Positions 1 to 10,939 of a DNA stretch of 39,935 bases are shown here, one piece after another (position 1 is the first letter of the stretch; each line of letters starts with the position of its first letter). The notes below the pieces were generated by a model that worked only from the letters and a program-made list of their open reading frames with translations, searched no databases and had not been told where the DNA came from. Source of the DNA: Candidatus Omnitrophota bacterium (GTDB taxonomy: Bacteria > Omnitrophota > Gorgyraeia > Gygaellales > UBA12090); contig JAHFFP010000003.1 in NCBI GenBank assembly GCA_023247895.1, forward strand, positions 3,084 to 43,018, written 5' to 3'. The position numbers and the translations under genes are program-made.

Positions 1-1396
<1,396 letters not shown>

Positions 1397-1398
1397 TT

Positions 1399-1444
1399 AG
1401 CCATCGGCTCTCAGCTGACAGCTGACAGCCGAAAGCTGAAGGCT
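1399..1444 (-). repeat. imperfect hairpin of 7-nt units (CAGCTGA/AAGCTGA) in the queA-tgt spacer
   Basis: AGCCATCGGCTCTCAGCTGAC / GACAGCCGAAAGCTGAAGGCT; I count 16 of 21 positions complementary. Abuts the queA stop codon. Confidence 0.6.
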
Positions 1445-2510
1445 AAATAATGAGCATCGCATCCCCATAGCTGTAAAACCTATACTTCCCTTTGATTGCC
1501 TCATCATAAGCTCTCATTATTAGATCTCTTCCGGCAAAGGCACAAACCAACATTAAAAGCGTAGTCTTGGGAAGATGAAAATTAGTCAGGAGGCAGTCAG
1601 CCACCTTGAACTGATACCCTGGATAAATAAAAAGATTAGTATACCCTCTGTTACTTACCTTCTCCGAAGCGAGGCGCGGGGTTACTGGTGACTTGCCTTC
1701 CCCGACGCAAGGCGCGGGGTAACCTGTGACTACATCCGCTACTGTTTCTAAAACCCTGGTAGTAGTTGTCCCCACGGCAAATACCCTTTTTCCTTTTTCT
1801 TTAACGCGCTTTATTGCGGTAAGTGTTTTCTTAGAAATGCAATACTCTTCTTTTTCCATAACATGATCTTTGATATCGTCGCATTTTACCGGCTTAAAAG
1901 TCCCCAAGCCTACATGAAGCGTTACATACTCAATACGCCCCTTTTGGCACTCTATCTTATCCAATAAACCTTTGGTAAAATGCAAGCCCGCGGTAGGGCT
2001 GGCGATAGCGCCCATTTTCTTTGCGTACACCGTCTGATACGAAAGAATATCCGAGCCTTCAGGCATCCTTTTTATATAGGGAGGTAGTGGCATTACACCT
2101 ATTGTTTCTAATATCTTTAAAGAAATAGCCTTATTAAATTCAAGGACTTTTCCCTGCACTACTTTAGCCTTGAGGCTTCCATGATTAAATACAAGCTCCT
2201 TGCCACTAGCCACATACGGCTTAATCAACGCCTCAAACTTATTTCCTGAAATCCTATTGCACAATAACACATCCACCTTCCCCAAGGTATCCTTCTTGAC
2301 GCCACGCAAACGCACCGGCATAACCTTGGTATTATTGAGCACAAGCAAGTCTTTCGGCTGTAAATATTCTGAGAAATCCTTAAAATGCCTATGAAAAATA
2401 GCATTTAGGCGACGGTCAACAACCATAAGCCTACAGCCATCGCGCTTGACTAAAGGATATTGCGCAATAAGTTCTTTAGGCAAGATATAATCAAAATCTG
2501 AAAGTTTCAT
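1443..2510 (-). CDS. queA: S-adenosylmethionine:tRNA ribosyltransferase-isomerase
   Basis: 355 aa. Shows MKLSDFDYxLPxELIAQxP, PLPPYIKR, AGLHFT, GTTTTRVLE, IYPGYxFK and TNFHLPKTTLLMLV. Confidence 0.95.
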   Translation of the reverse strand: MKLSDFDYILPKELIAQYPLVKRDGCRLMVVDRRLNAIFHRHFKDFSEYLQPKDLLVLNNTKVMPVRLRGVKKDTLGKVDVLLCNRISGNKFEALIKPYVASGKELVFNHGSLKAKVVQGKVLEFNKAISLKILETIGVMPLPPYIKRMPEGSDILSYQTVYAKKMGAIASPTAGLHFTKGLLDKIECQKGRIEYVTLHVGLGTFKPVKCDDIKDHVMEKEEYCISKKTLTAIKRVKEKGKRVFAVGTTTTRVLETVADVVTGYPAPCVGEGKSPVTPRLASEKVSNRGYTNLFIYPGYQFKVADCLLTNFHLPKTTLLMLVCAFAGRDLIMRAYDEAIKGKYRFYSYGDAMLII

Positions 2511-2520
2511 TGTTACTTAT

Positions 2521-3669
2521 CTATTTTACCGGGGTAATTTTTGATTCCGGGAAATAGTGGTATAAGATTTGCTCATCGCTATGGCCTTCTTTTGCCATAT
2601 AATACATTCCCCACTGGCACAACCCAACCCCATGCCCCCAACCCAACCCTTCAATATGCAGGCTGCCGTCTTCAACCTGTAGCGTAAAATTGGTGCTACG
2701 AATCACATTCGGATTGAGCGCTTGGCGAAAATCCTTGGCTGTTATTTCCAAATTCTTATCCAGCCCTTTGATAAGCACACGGCTCACCCGGTGAGAATTA
2801 TTACGCGCGATAATTTCAATGGACTGTATTTCCTCGGGGCAAAGATATCCCTTCTCAATAAGTTTTGAGTGTATGGCAATTAAAGGTATCCTCTGCTGCC
2901 AATGATAATGCGGCGACCCGCTGCAAAAACCACAAGTAACACCTTTTAAGGGTGTAAGATCGACATTCCATAGTTCGCGCGCATCTTCTGTACGCCCGCC
3001 GCAGGTTGCATGATAATACGCAGGGAATACCTTGCCGGCAAAGGTAAGCACTTTTCCCCGCGTAAGCATAACCGCACGATTGGTGCGCCAGCGTTCGGAG
3101 GTTTTACCTGTGTAGACCTGTGAATATATATCATCTGTCACGTCAAAGTCTTTATCCTTTGGAAATTGTTTTTGGTAAAGGGCATAGGTGCGCGCGATAA
3201 TGCTTTGCGCCTTTAAGGCATCCATTGGCCACCATGGGGCAATTTCATTACAAAGGATTCCCCGGACATACTCTTCCACCCCTAACTCATTAACGATAAG
3301 AAAATGCTCCTTATCTTTACGGATAAGGTTAATCTTTCCTCTATAGATGCGATTGTTTATGTAAATGAAGGCTCCTTTAAGAGGCACAATCTGAACCCTC
3401 GAGGCTGTTAAAGTAAAACTAGGAGCAACGGTTTTGTCCGTATACACCGCTACCTTTTGTTTCCTTATGCCTCTACCTTTACGAATCAGGCGGTTATTCG
3501 TCAGCTCGCGCATTTCAAAGCCTCCTTTAATTCTTAGGTAAAAGCTACTGGCCTCCTGCGCTATAGACACCCGGATAGTCTTGTCCTCGGCCATAGAAGA
3601 AAAAGAAATGCAAGAGAAAAGAAAGAAGAGAGGAAACAGGCTACTGATTATCTTTTTGACCATAACCAT
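2521..3669 (-). CDS. SpoIID/LytB-domain protein (secreted, amidase-enhancer family)
   Basis: 382 aa. N-terminal signal or TM segment. Has the SpoIID-type core (EEYVRGxLxxEI, ALKAQSIxARTYAL, YHAxCGGRTE, WGHGVGLCQWG). Confidence 0.8.
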   Translation of the reverse strand: MVMVKKIISSLFPLFFLFSCISFSSMAEDKTIRVSIAQEASSFYLRIKGGFEMRELTNNRLIRKGRGIRKQKVAVYTDKTVAPSFTLTASRVQIVPLKGAFIYINNRIYRGKINLIRKDKEHFLIVNELGVEEYVRGILCNEIAPWWPMDALKAQSIIARTYALYQKQFPKDKDFDVTDDIYSQVYTGKTSERWRTNRAVMLTRGKVLTFAGKVFPAYYHATCGGRTEDARELWNVDLTPLKGVTCGFCSGSPHYHWQQRIPLIAIHSKLIEKGYLCPEEIQSIEIIARNNSHRVSRVLIKGLDKNLEITAKDFRQALNPNVIRSTNFTLQVEDGSLHIEGLGWGHGVGLCQWGMYYMAKEGHSDEQILYHYFPESKITPVK

Positions 3670-3875
3670 AGAATAAATGAAAGAATGAGGCTGATGAGAA
3701 GGCTGGTGGCAAGAGGAAAATAAAAAGTAACATTCTTTTTGCTGATATAAATATCACCGGGCAATTTTCCCAAAAAGGGAATTTTATGCAAGGCTATTAA
3801 AACTACTCCTATAATAATGAGCATAATGCCAGACAAAATCAACACCTTTCCTAAACCGCCAAAGCCCGGCATCAT
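3648..3875 (-). CDS. DUF2905-family small membrane protein
   Basis: Two TM segments and a GKLPGDIYI..K...FYFPL motif. I place the start at the internal ATG (3875..3873), which forms an ATGA overlap with the queH stop. The ORF-track start is 3905. Confidence 0.6.
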   Translation of the reverse strand: MMPGFGGLGKVLILSGIMLIIIGVVLIALHKIPFLGKLPGDIYISKKNVTFYFPLATSLLISLILSFILWLWSKR

Positions 3876-4402
3876 ATCTTCGCCATCCTTTCCTCCAATG
3901 AACACTTACAGCCGCAATATTTCTGACAGTATATGCCTAATTCCCTTGCCCGCTTATGTGCCTGCCGAAATCCTTGACGAAAGTCGCGGTATAAAAACTG
4001 CAGGTTATGCCCCGCTGCTATTTTCTCACCTATAGTTTTAATCGCCTCTATATCCTGATAGGGACTTACTAAAAGCGCAGTAGTAAAATGGGTAAAAAGA
4101 TGTTCCTTAGCAAATTCCGCTGTTTTAAGCAGCCTCATATCCCAACAACTCACGCAGCGCCCTGGCCTTTCTTTTTCAGTCACTGCATAGTGATATTCAG
4201 TTGCGTTATATTCAGCCACATGAGTTTTTACCTGTTGGGTTTTGGCAAAATCAAGGAATGCGGCCTTGCGCCTTGCAAACTCTTCTTCAGGATAGATATT
4301 GGGGTTATAAAAGTATGCCTCTGGATTAAAACCTTCCTGATTCAATACTTCAAGAGGGTATATCAGGCAGGGGGCGCAACAAGTATGTACAAGGGCTTTC
4401 AT
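3872..4402 (-). CDS. queH: epoxyqueuosine reductase QueH (DUF208 family)
   Basis: 176 aa. Shows an HTCCAPC N-terminal motif, an RCxxCW motif and a C-terminal QKYCGC motif, typical of DUF208/QueH. Confidence 0.85.
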   Translation of the reverse strand: MKALVHTCCAPCLIYPLEVLNQEGFNPEAYFYNPNIYPEEEFARRKAAFLDFAKTQQVKTHVAEYNATEYHYAVTEKERPGRCVSCWDMRLLKTAEFAKEHLFTHFTTALLVSPYQDIEAIKTIGEKIAAGHNLQFLYRDFRQGFRQAHKRARELGIYCQKYCGCKCSLEERMAKI

Positions 4403-4411
4403 TCAATGCTT

Positions 4412-4507
4412 AAGCTCTCAGCTTTCAGCTTTCAGCTAAAGCCCGATGGAAAAGACTATTTTTCTCATGGAAAAAGCTGAATGCTGCGTGCCGAAAGCTG
4501 AAAGCTT
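4412..4507 (-). repeat. long inverted repeat of (GCTTTCA)n / (TGAAAGC)n filling the ruvB-queH spacer
   Basis: The left arm AAGCTCTCAGCTTTCAGCTTTCAGCT (4412..4437) faces AGCTGAATGCTGCGTGCCGAAAGCTGAAAGCTT (4475..4507). The right arm overlaps the ruvB stop codon. Confidence 0.65.
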
Positions 4508-5561
4508 AGAAAAGTTCTTTCTGTTTTTTGGGCAACCCCAAGTGCGTAAAGGCAATATCCATCGCTTCCCTGCCGCGGGAGGTGCGTTTTAAAAAACCTG
4601 ATTTTAACAGATACGGCTCAATTGCATCTACCAAGGTATCCACTTCTTCATTCAAAGTTGCTGCCAGTGATTCAATGCCTACAGGCCCACCGCTATAATT
4701 TTCTATGATCGTCCTGATGACTTTACGGTCAACATCGTCTAAACCCATAGGGTCAATGCCAAGGATATCCAAAGCCTTCCCCGCACATCCGGCATCAATA
4801 ACCTTTATTTTATGCACCTGCGCATAGTCGCGCACCCGGCGTAAGAGGCGGTTTGCAATCCGCGGGGTTCCCCGCGAACGCCCGGCAATAGCACGAGATC
4901 CCTCTTCGCTCACTTCTACCCCTAAGATTCTCGCAGAATGAGCGATAATCTTCGCCAAATCATTCACCATATAAAAATCAAGGTGGTAAAACAATCCGAA
5001 TCGACTGCGTAGTGGTGCGCTAAGCATCCCTTGCCTGGTAGTTGCGCCGATTAAGGTAAAAGGCTTGAGGTTAAATTTTATTGTTTTTGCATAGGGGCCT
5101 TTATCAATCACAAAGTCTATCTGAAAATTCTCCATTGCCGGATACAAAAATTCTTCCACCACTTTAGAAAGCCTGTGGATCTCATCAATAAAAAGAATAT
5201 CTCCCTTTTCCAGATTGGTCAATATCCCAATCAAATCCCCTGCCCGTTCAATTGCCGGGCCTGAGGTGGCAGTGATTTTACCCTCCATTTCATGAGAGAT
5301 GATATGGGCAAGCGAAGTCTTGCCTAGGCCCGGAGGCCCATCAAAAAGAATATGCTCAAGAGGCTCTTTTCTTTCCTTGGCCGCGGTGATTGCAATTGTC
5401 AGGTTTTGCGCTAATTCCCTCTGGCCGATAAAATCGGTTAATTGCGCGGGCCTCAGAGAAAGGTTTAAAACAACATCCTCTTCCGTTTCTTGAGTTTTGA
5501 CAAGCTCATGGGAAACTTCCCTTTGATTACCTATCAAGACGGGCTTATACGGACCTTTCAT
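4506..5561 (-). CDS. ruvB: Holliday junction branch migration ATPase RuvB
   Basis: 351 aa. Shows LRPxxLxDFIGQ, Walker A GPPGLGKTSLA, Walker B LFIDEIHRL and GTPRIANRLLRRVRD. Confidence 0.95.
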   Translation of the reverse strand: MKGPYKPVLIGNQREVSHELVKTQETEEDVVLNLSLRPAQLTDFIGQRELAQNLTIAITAAKERKEPLEHILFDGPPGLGKTSLAHIISHEMEGKITATSGPAIERAGDLIGILTNLEKGDILFIDEIHRLSKVVEEFLYPAMENFQIDFVIDKGPYAKTIKFNLKPFTLIGATTRQGMLSAPLRSRFGLFYHLDFYMVNDLAKIIAHSARILGVEVSEEGSRAIAGRSRGTPRIANRLLRRVRDYAQVHKIKVIDAGCAGKALDILGIDPMGLDDVDRKVIRTIIENYSGGPVGIESLAATLNEEVDTLVDAIEPYLLKSGFLKRTSRGREAMDIAFTHLGLPKKQKELF

Positions 5562-6282
5562 AAGACGTAATCTTCTCCTGATTGCGAATTACCTCAATTT
5601 CGCCAAAGGCTTCCTTTTGGACAATGACAATTTCCTTAAGGCGGATCAACTCTAAGACTGCCAAGAATGTCACCACTATCTCAAATTTATTTCGCGCCTT
5701 GCCAAAAAGCCCCTGCACTGAAATAACCGGCGCATTGAGCAGCAAATGAAGTAAATCATGGATTTTTTCTTCAACAGTAAATTCGTCTTTAATGACTTCG
5801 TACAACAGTTCTTTGGGAATTTCCTTCATTGCCTTGGAAAAGGCAGAAATCAAATCAAAAAGGCTTGCCTCAAAATAGCTCTCTTGATTTTCCTTGTCCG
5901 ATACACTCACTGTGCGCGTAAAGACATTCTGACGTATAAGCTCCTTCTCCCTCAAGAGGCTAGCAGCCTCCTTGAATTTCTGATATTCAAGAAGTTTTTG
6001 CATTAACTCCGCGCGGGGGTCAGCATCTTCTTCAGTATCTACTTGGCTTGGGTCTGGAGGAAGGAGCATTTTGGATTTAATATGAATTAATGTTGAGGCC
6101 ATCACCAAGAATTCACCGGCGATATTGAGGTCTAAAAGGCGCATCAGCTCTAAATACTGCAAATATTGCTCGGTAACTCTGGCGATGGGAATGTCGCAGA
6201 TATTAAGGTGATCCTTTTTCACTAAATACAAGAGTAAATCCAAAGGCCCTTCAAATAAATCTAACTTTATCTTGTAGGTCAT
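5545..6282 (-). CDS. scpA: segregation and condensation protein A
   Basis: 245 aa. FEGPLDLLLYLVKK..LxICDIPIARVTEQYLQYL is the typical ScpA N-terminus. Confidence 0.85.
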   Translation of the reverse strand: MTYKIKLDLFEGPLDLLLYLVKKDHLNICDIPIARVTEQYLQYLELMRLLDLNIAGEFLVMASTLIHIKSKMLLPPDPSQVDTEEDADPRAELMQKLLEYQKFKEAASLLREKELIRQNVFTRTVSVSDKENQESYFEASLFDLISAFSKAMKEIPKELLYEVIKDEFTVEEKIHDLLHLLLNAPVISVQGLFGKARNKFEIVVTFLAVLELIRLKEIVIVQKEAFGEIEVIRNQEKITSYERSV

Positions 6283-6285
6283 AAG

Positions 6286-7263
6286 CTACATTCCCAACAA
6301 TTCTTTTACCTCAACCATTGTAGTGGCAGCTACGGTGCGCGCGCTTTTGGCGCCTTCATGCACTATATCAAATATTTTGCTCTTATCTTTGAGGTAGCTA
6401 TTCCTTTTTTCCTGTATCGGCACTAAGTATTTTATGACAACCACGGCTAATTCTTTCTTACAATCCGTGCACCCGATTTGCGCACTACGGCAAAGCTCAT
6501 CAATCTCTTTTCTTCTTTCAGGCGCAAATATCGAATAATACCCATGCACATTACATTTTTCAGGATGCCCCGGATCGTTGCGTTTTATCCTTTTGGGGTC
6601 AGTAAACATACCCTGGATTTTACGGCAAAGCACTGCGGGCTCATCAGAAAGCAATATGGTATTATCATAACTCTTGCTCAGTTTTCTGCCATCGGTACCC
6701 AAAATACGCGAGCCTTGAGTTAAAAGGGCTTTAGGTTCCGGGAATACTTCTTTTTTATAAAGGCTGTTAAATCTGCGGGCAATCTCGCGTGTCAGCTCCA
6801 AATGCGGCAACTGATCTTCTCCCACAGGAACGCAGGACGCCTTATAGAGTAGAATATCCGCGGCCTGCAGCACAGGGTACCCCAAGAAACCATAGGTACT
6901 TATGTTTCTATTAGTGATTTCCCGCAACTGCTCTTTATAGGTGGGGCAACGTTCAAGCCAGCCTAGTGGGGTAATGATAGAAAGAATGCTGTAAAGTTCT
7001 AAATGTTCTTTGACGTACGATTGAATAAAGATATGCGATGTCTCGGGAGAAATCCCGCAAGAAAGCCAGTCGATAACATTATCAATAATATTCTCCCGTA
7101 AATTTTCCGGCCTTTCATACTCGGACATAAGGGCATGCCAATCCGCAACCATAAAAAAACATTCGTATCCTTCCTGCAATTTCTTCCAATTCTCTAATAC
7201 CCCAAATAAATGGCCCAAATGGAGTTTCCCCGTGGGCCGCATACCGCTCAAGATACGTTTCAT
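6286..7263 (-). CDS. trpS: tryptophan--tRNA ligase
   Basis: 325 aa. Class I HIGH-type motif (GKLHLGHL), GEDQLPHLELTREIARRFN and KLSKS (KMSKS motif). Confidence 0.95.
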   Translation of the reverse strand: MKRILSGMRPTGKLHLGHLFGVLENWKKLQEGYECFFMVADWHALMSEYERPENLRENIIDNVIDWLSCGISPETSHIFIQSYVKEHLELYSILSIITPLGWLERCPTYKEQLREITNRNISTYGFLGYPVLQAADILLYKASCVPVGEDQLPHLELTREIARRFNSLYKKEVFPEPKALLTQGSRILGTDGRKLSKSYDNTILLSDEPAVLCRKIQGMFTDPKRIKRNDPGHPEKCNVHGYYSIFAPERRKEIDELCRSAQIGCTDCKKELAVVVIKYLVPIQEKRNSYLKDKSKIFDIVHEGAKSARTVAATTMVEVKELLGM

Positions 7264-7268
7264 GTTAT

Positions 7269-7338
7269 AAGGTTAAGGTCAAGGTTGAGGTTAAGTGAAT
7301 ACTGATTCTTTCTTACCCTTAGCCTAAGCCTTAACCTT
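7269..7338 (-). repeat. inverted repeat of 6-nt units (AGGTTR) in the infB-trpS spacer
   Basis: AAGGTTAAGGTCAAGGTTGAGGTTAAG (7269..7295) faces CTTACCCTTAGCCTAAGCCTTAACCTT (7312..7338). I count 21 of 27 positions complementary. Confidence 0.65.
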
Positions 7339-7344
7339 CGGTTT

Positions 7345-8199
7345 TTACAGTTTCCTTGCAATCTTCTCTATATCGTAAGCTTCAATGATATCCCCCGCCA
7401 TAAGGTCGCTAAAATTCATCAGTGAAACTCCGCATTCCATACCTTCGCTCACTTCGCGCACATCATCCTTGAAACGTTTTAGTGACTGGATTGAACCTTC
7501 ATACACTAATGCACCATTACGTACCAGAGTTATCTTTGCCGAACGGGTAACTTTCCCCTTTTCCACATAGCAACCGGCAATTACGCCAGCTTTAGTCAAT
7601 TTAAAAACCTGCCGCACTATTACACGGCCGAGGAATATTTTCTTTAACCTCGGCTCCAACAATCCTTCTAGAGCGGTTTTTATATCATTCACCAATTCAT
7701 AGATAACGTTATAGGTGCGGATGTCAACGCCGGTTTTATTCGCCTCTTCCTTTGAACGTTCATCAGTTTCCACATGGAATCCTAAAATAATCGCACCTGA
7801 TGCCTCTGCCAGAATCACATCTGAAACATTGATAGCGCCTATCCCTTGATGGATAATATTAAGCCTGACTTCAGTAGTGGTTAATTTTTTTAACGTCTCA
7901 TTGATTGCTTCTAAAGATCCGCCAACATCTGCCTTTAAAATAAGCTTCAGCTCCTTAATCTTGCCTTCTTTGATCTGATCAGAAAGCTCTTCCAAGGACA
8001 TCATTTTGATAGGTTTCAATGCGCGTTCGCGTAATTCATCCTTGCGTTTTTGGGCTAGCTCCTTCGCTTTTTTCTCATCCGATAAGGCAAAGAACTTTTC
8101 CCCGGCTTCCGGTAATCCTGATAAGCCTAATATTTCAACAGGGCTTGCAGGAAGAGCTTCTAAGATATGCTTGCCATACTCATTAAACATTGCGCGCAC
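7345..8199 (-). CDS. infB: translation initiation factor IF-2, domains II-C2 (3' fragment of the frameshifted gene)
   Basis: [34 protein letters not shown]... through the IF-2 C-terminus (ECGVSLxNFxDxxxGDIIEAY). This frame stays open upstream of 8199 and reads [18 protein letters not shown], which continues the 5' fragment. Confidence 0.9.
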   Translation of the reverse strand: MRAMFNEYGKHILEALPASPVEILGLSGLPEAGEKFFALSDEKKAKELAQKRKDELRERALKPIKMMSLEELSDQIKEGKIKELKLILKADVGGSLEAINETLKKLTTTEVRLNIIHQGIGAINVSDVILAEASGAIILGFHVETDERSKEEANKTGVDIRTYNVIYELVNDIKTALEGLLEPRLKKIFLGRVIVRQVFKLTKAGVIAGCYVEKGKVTRSAKITLVRNGALVYEGSIQSLKRFKDDVREVSEGMECGVSLMNFSDLMAGDIIEAYDIEKIARKL

Positions 8200-9578
8200 T
8201 TTTGCGTAGAAGGGGCCGACAATAATAGCATCCTGTGGCCGAAGCGTCCCATTCTCACCAAAAGCGTTGCTACCGTGCCCCTTCCTTCCGTAATTCTTGC
8301 CTCAAGCACTACCCCTCTTGCCAAAGCGCCAGGATCTGCTTTTAACTCCATCATCTCTGCTTCTAAAAGAAGCATGTCCAATAAGTGATCAATGCCTTGT
8401 CCTGTCTTTGCCGAGACGCCGACCATAATAGTCTTTCCGCCCCAATCTTCGGGAGTAAGCCCTAATTCAGAGAGTTGTTTCTTTACACGGTCAATGTTAG
8501 CCTGAGGCTTATCAACCTTATTGATTGCAACTACTATCGTTGCCTTGGCATCTTTGGCATGGTCAAGCGCCTCTATAGTCTGAGGCATAATACCGTCATC
8601 TGCCGCAACCACCAAGATAACTATATCTGTCACCTGCGCACCGCGAGCCCTCATTGCAGTAAAGGCCTCGTGGCCTGGAGTATCAAGAAAGGTAATTTTT
8701 CCTTTTGCCAGGCTTACCGAGTATGCCCCCATATGCTGGGTTATCCCGCCATATTCTGATTCGGCAACCTTAGATTTTCGAATTGCGTCCAAAAGGGAAG
8801 TCTTTCCATGATCAACATGGCCCATAAAAGTAACAATAGGCGAACGCGGTTTCAATTTCGTAAGATCGCGAGACTCGTGTTCTTTAAACAAAAGCTCTTC
8901 TTCGGTAGGTTTTCGCTTCAGTTGATAGCCATATTCAGAAGCAAACTTTAGCGCCAATTCTTCATTCAGAGGAAAATTGAGGTGCGCGATAATCTTATGG
9001 TCAAGCAATTTCTTAATAAGGATAACGGGTTTTTCCTTTATCTGCAGGGCAAAATCCTTTAAGGCGACAGGAAAGTTTACCTGAACAATCTTTTCTTCTT
9101 TTACAGGAGCAGTAACCGGCGAAAGGGCAGCCTCTATAGTTTTAGGTTCTTCTTTAAGGACAACTTTCTGTGCAACTATTACAGGAGATAGTTCCTTTTT
9201 AACCTCTTCTTTCTTCTGGGCAAGGATACCTTTGGCTACTCCTTGCCCAGCCTGAGGTTTTATTTCCTCCGCGCGCTCTTTAAGCTTAGCTTCGCTTACT
9301 GCTATAGCAGGTTGTTGAATAACCGGTTTCACTACCGCTTCTATTACCTGAGATGTTCTCGTAGCGGCCTTTCTCTTAACCGATAGAGGCTTAGCCGTTT
9401 TTGGTTTAACCGCTATTTTCGCTGTTTTTGGTTTAGCGGCTGTTCTAGAAACGGCCGCAACTTTAGCCTTCTTCAAGGCACTCTTAGCGCGCTTAACAGC
9501 CAAAATCTCGCCCTCAACAGCCCCGGATTTCTTAGTAGTCTTTACTGTGGTTTTTGTTTTTACACTTTTTATCGGCAT
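8160..9578 (-). CDS. infB: translation initiation factor IF-2, N-terminal region plus G domain (5' fragment of a frameshifted gene)
   Basis: Lys/Ala/Pro-rich N-terminus followed by G1 [13 protein letters not shown]3 DTPGHEAF and G4 NKVD. The last ~30 codons before the TAA at 8160 do not resemble IF-2. I place the start at the ATG 9578 (MPIKSV...), 4 nt after the nusA stop. Confidence 0.9.
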   Translation of the reverse strand: MPIKSVKTKTTVKTTKKSGAVEGEILAVKRAKSALKKAKVAAVSRTAAKPKTAKIAVKPKTAKPLSVKRKAATRTSQVIEAVVKPVIQQPAIAVSEAKLKERAEEIKPQAGQGVAKGILAQKKEEVKKELSPVIVAQKVVLKEEPKTIEAALSPVTAPVKEEKIVQVNFPVALKDFALQIKEKPVILIKKLLDHKIIAHLNFPLNEELALKFASEYGYQLKRKPTEEELLFKEHESRDLTKLKPRSPIVTFMGHVDHGKTSLLDAIRKSKVAESEYGGITQHMGAYSVSLAKGKITFLDTPGHEAFTAMRARGAQVTDIVILVVAADDGIMPQTIEALDHAKDAKATIVVAINKVDKPQANIDRVKKQLSELGLTPEDWGGKTIMVGVSAKTGQGIDHLLDMLLLEAEMMELKADPGALARGVVLEARITEGRGTVATLLVRMGRFGHRMLLLSAPSTQKCAQCLMSMASIS

Positions 9579-9582
9579 ATAT

Positions 9583-10788
9583 TTATTCCTTATGTTGCGT
9601 AAAAAAGCCTTTGGCTTGATCAATAAGTTTCTTTGCTTTCATCTTGCCAATACCTTTGACTTTAGTCAATGCCTCATTTGAGGCGCTCGCTATAGATTGA
9701 ATATCCCAAAAGCCTGCCCCAATAAGTGAAGCTTTTGTTTTTTCACCCACACCGTCTAAATCATCTAAAGAAAAATCGGTTTCTTGCACTTCTGTTTGAT
9801 TCGTTTTCGTTGCCTCCTCTTTTTCTTTTGACGCTTCTTTTTCTTCCAAAGCCTCCTTAGTACGGATATCTAATTCCCATCCTACCAATTTGGAGGCCAA
9901 ACGCACATTTTGCCCATGTTTGCCAATGGTCAGCGACAATTGATCCTGATTTACAATCACTAGCGCCTTCTTATTTTCTTTATCTAATTTTATTTCTGAA
10001 ACCTCCGCGGGAGAAAGGCTTGCGGCAATATAGGCATGGATATCATCGCTGTAACGCACGATATCAATGCGTTCTCCATGAAGTTCAGTGACGATATTCT
10101 TTACTCTCGCCCCCCGCATGCCTACACACGAACCCATTGCATCAACCTTTTCATCTTTAGACCACACGGCTATTTTGGTGCGCTCACCCGCCTGCCGGGC
10201 TATAGAGCGTATCTCAACTACCCCCTCATAAATTTCAGGGATCTCAAGAATAAATAACTTCTTTACAAAAGCAGGATGTGCCCGCGATAAGATGATTTGA
10301 GGCCCCTTGACTTCCCGTTTTACCTCGCACAAATAGGCGCTTATCCTTTGGCCCTGGCGGAATTGCTCTAAAGGGATTTGTTCACTTTTAGGCAAAATTC
10401 CTTCAGCCTTACCCAAAAGGTCTACGATGATATTACCTTTTTCAAAGCGATAGACCGTGCCGTTTACAATTTCGCCTACCTTGGCATTGAATTCGTTAAA
10501 CACCACATCTTTTTCCGCCTCACGAATCTTCTGAATAATCACCTGCTTGGCAGTTGAAGCGGCTATCCTGCCAAAACCTTCAGATTTTATCTCTTCCTCT
10601 CCGGCAAAAGCCTTGATTTTACCCGTCTGCCTATCTAAAGTAACTTTAATTTCTACCTCGGGCTTCACATCGATGATTCTTTTAACCGCACTTACCAGTG
10701 CAGCCTCAACTGCTTCTATAAGGACATCTTTTTTAATGCCCTTTTCCCGTTCCATATGTTCAAGTACCGCTAATAATTCTCCGTTCAT
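9583..10788 (-). CDS. nusA: transcription termination/antitermination factor NusA
   Basis: 401 aa. N-terminal domain, S1 ([21 protein letters not shown]), KH1/KH2 ([22 protein letters not shown], [22 protein letters not shown]) and a C-terminal HhH repeat. Confidence 0.95.
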   Translation of the reverse strand: MNGELLAVLEHMEREKGIKKDVLIEAVEAALVSAVKRIIDVKPEVEIKVTLDRQTGKIKAFAGEEEIKSEGFGRIAASTAKQVIIQKIREAEKDVVFNEFNAKVGEIVNGTVYRFEKGNIIVDLLGKAEGILPKSEQIPLEQFRQGQRISAYLCEVKREVKGPQIILSRAHPAFVKKLFILEIPEIYEGVVEIRSIARQAGERTKIAVWSKDEKVDAMGSCVGMRGARVKNIVTELHGERIDIVRYSDDIHAYIAASLSPAEVSEIKLDKENKKALVIVNQDQLSLTIGKHGQNVRLASKLVGWELDIRTKEALEEKEASKEKEEATKTNQTEVQETDFSLDDLDGVGEKTKASLIGAGFWDIQSIASASNEALTKVKGIGKMKAKKLIDQAKGFFTQHKE

Positions 10789-10939
10789 CCCGCACCTTCT
10801 CTCTTATTCATGTCAAAACCCTTTCTCACGTGCCTAGCAATAGTCCACCCCGCATTTCTTCTTATTCTATTCGGTCAATTCGTCTGTGCCTGACTTCATT
10901 GAATTGATTCAAAGAATTGAATTTCAGAAAGTGCGGGAT
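10787..10939 (-). promoter_or_regulatory. 14-bp inverted repeat bracketing the rimP-nusA spacer; the 3' arm contains the nusA Shine-Dalgarno and start codon
   Basis: RNA 5' arm AUCCCGCACUUUCU (rc 10926..10939) pairs with 3' arm AGAAGGUGCGGGAU(G) (rc 10787..10800): 13 Watson-Crick pairs plus 1 G-U. Confidence 0.45.

Noticed and set aside
2946-3134. Same-strand alternative-frame ORFs nested in real genes (2946..3134, 19034..19246, 20719..20901, 20944..21195, 26191..26481)
   Set aside because: Each lies wholly inside a longer ORF with clear homology (SpoIID-like, cdsA, GH57, hppA), and their translations have no recognisable features.
8240-8270. Programmed -1 ribosomal frameshift in infB
   Set aside because: There is no X XXY YYZ slippery heptamer at the shift site (zero-frame CTT TTG GTG AGA) and no precedent for recoding in infB. 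I treat it as an indel until read data say otherwise; it is still reported as a finding.
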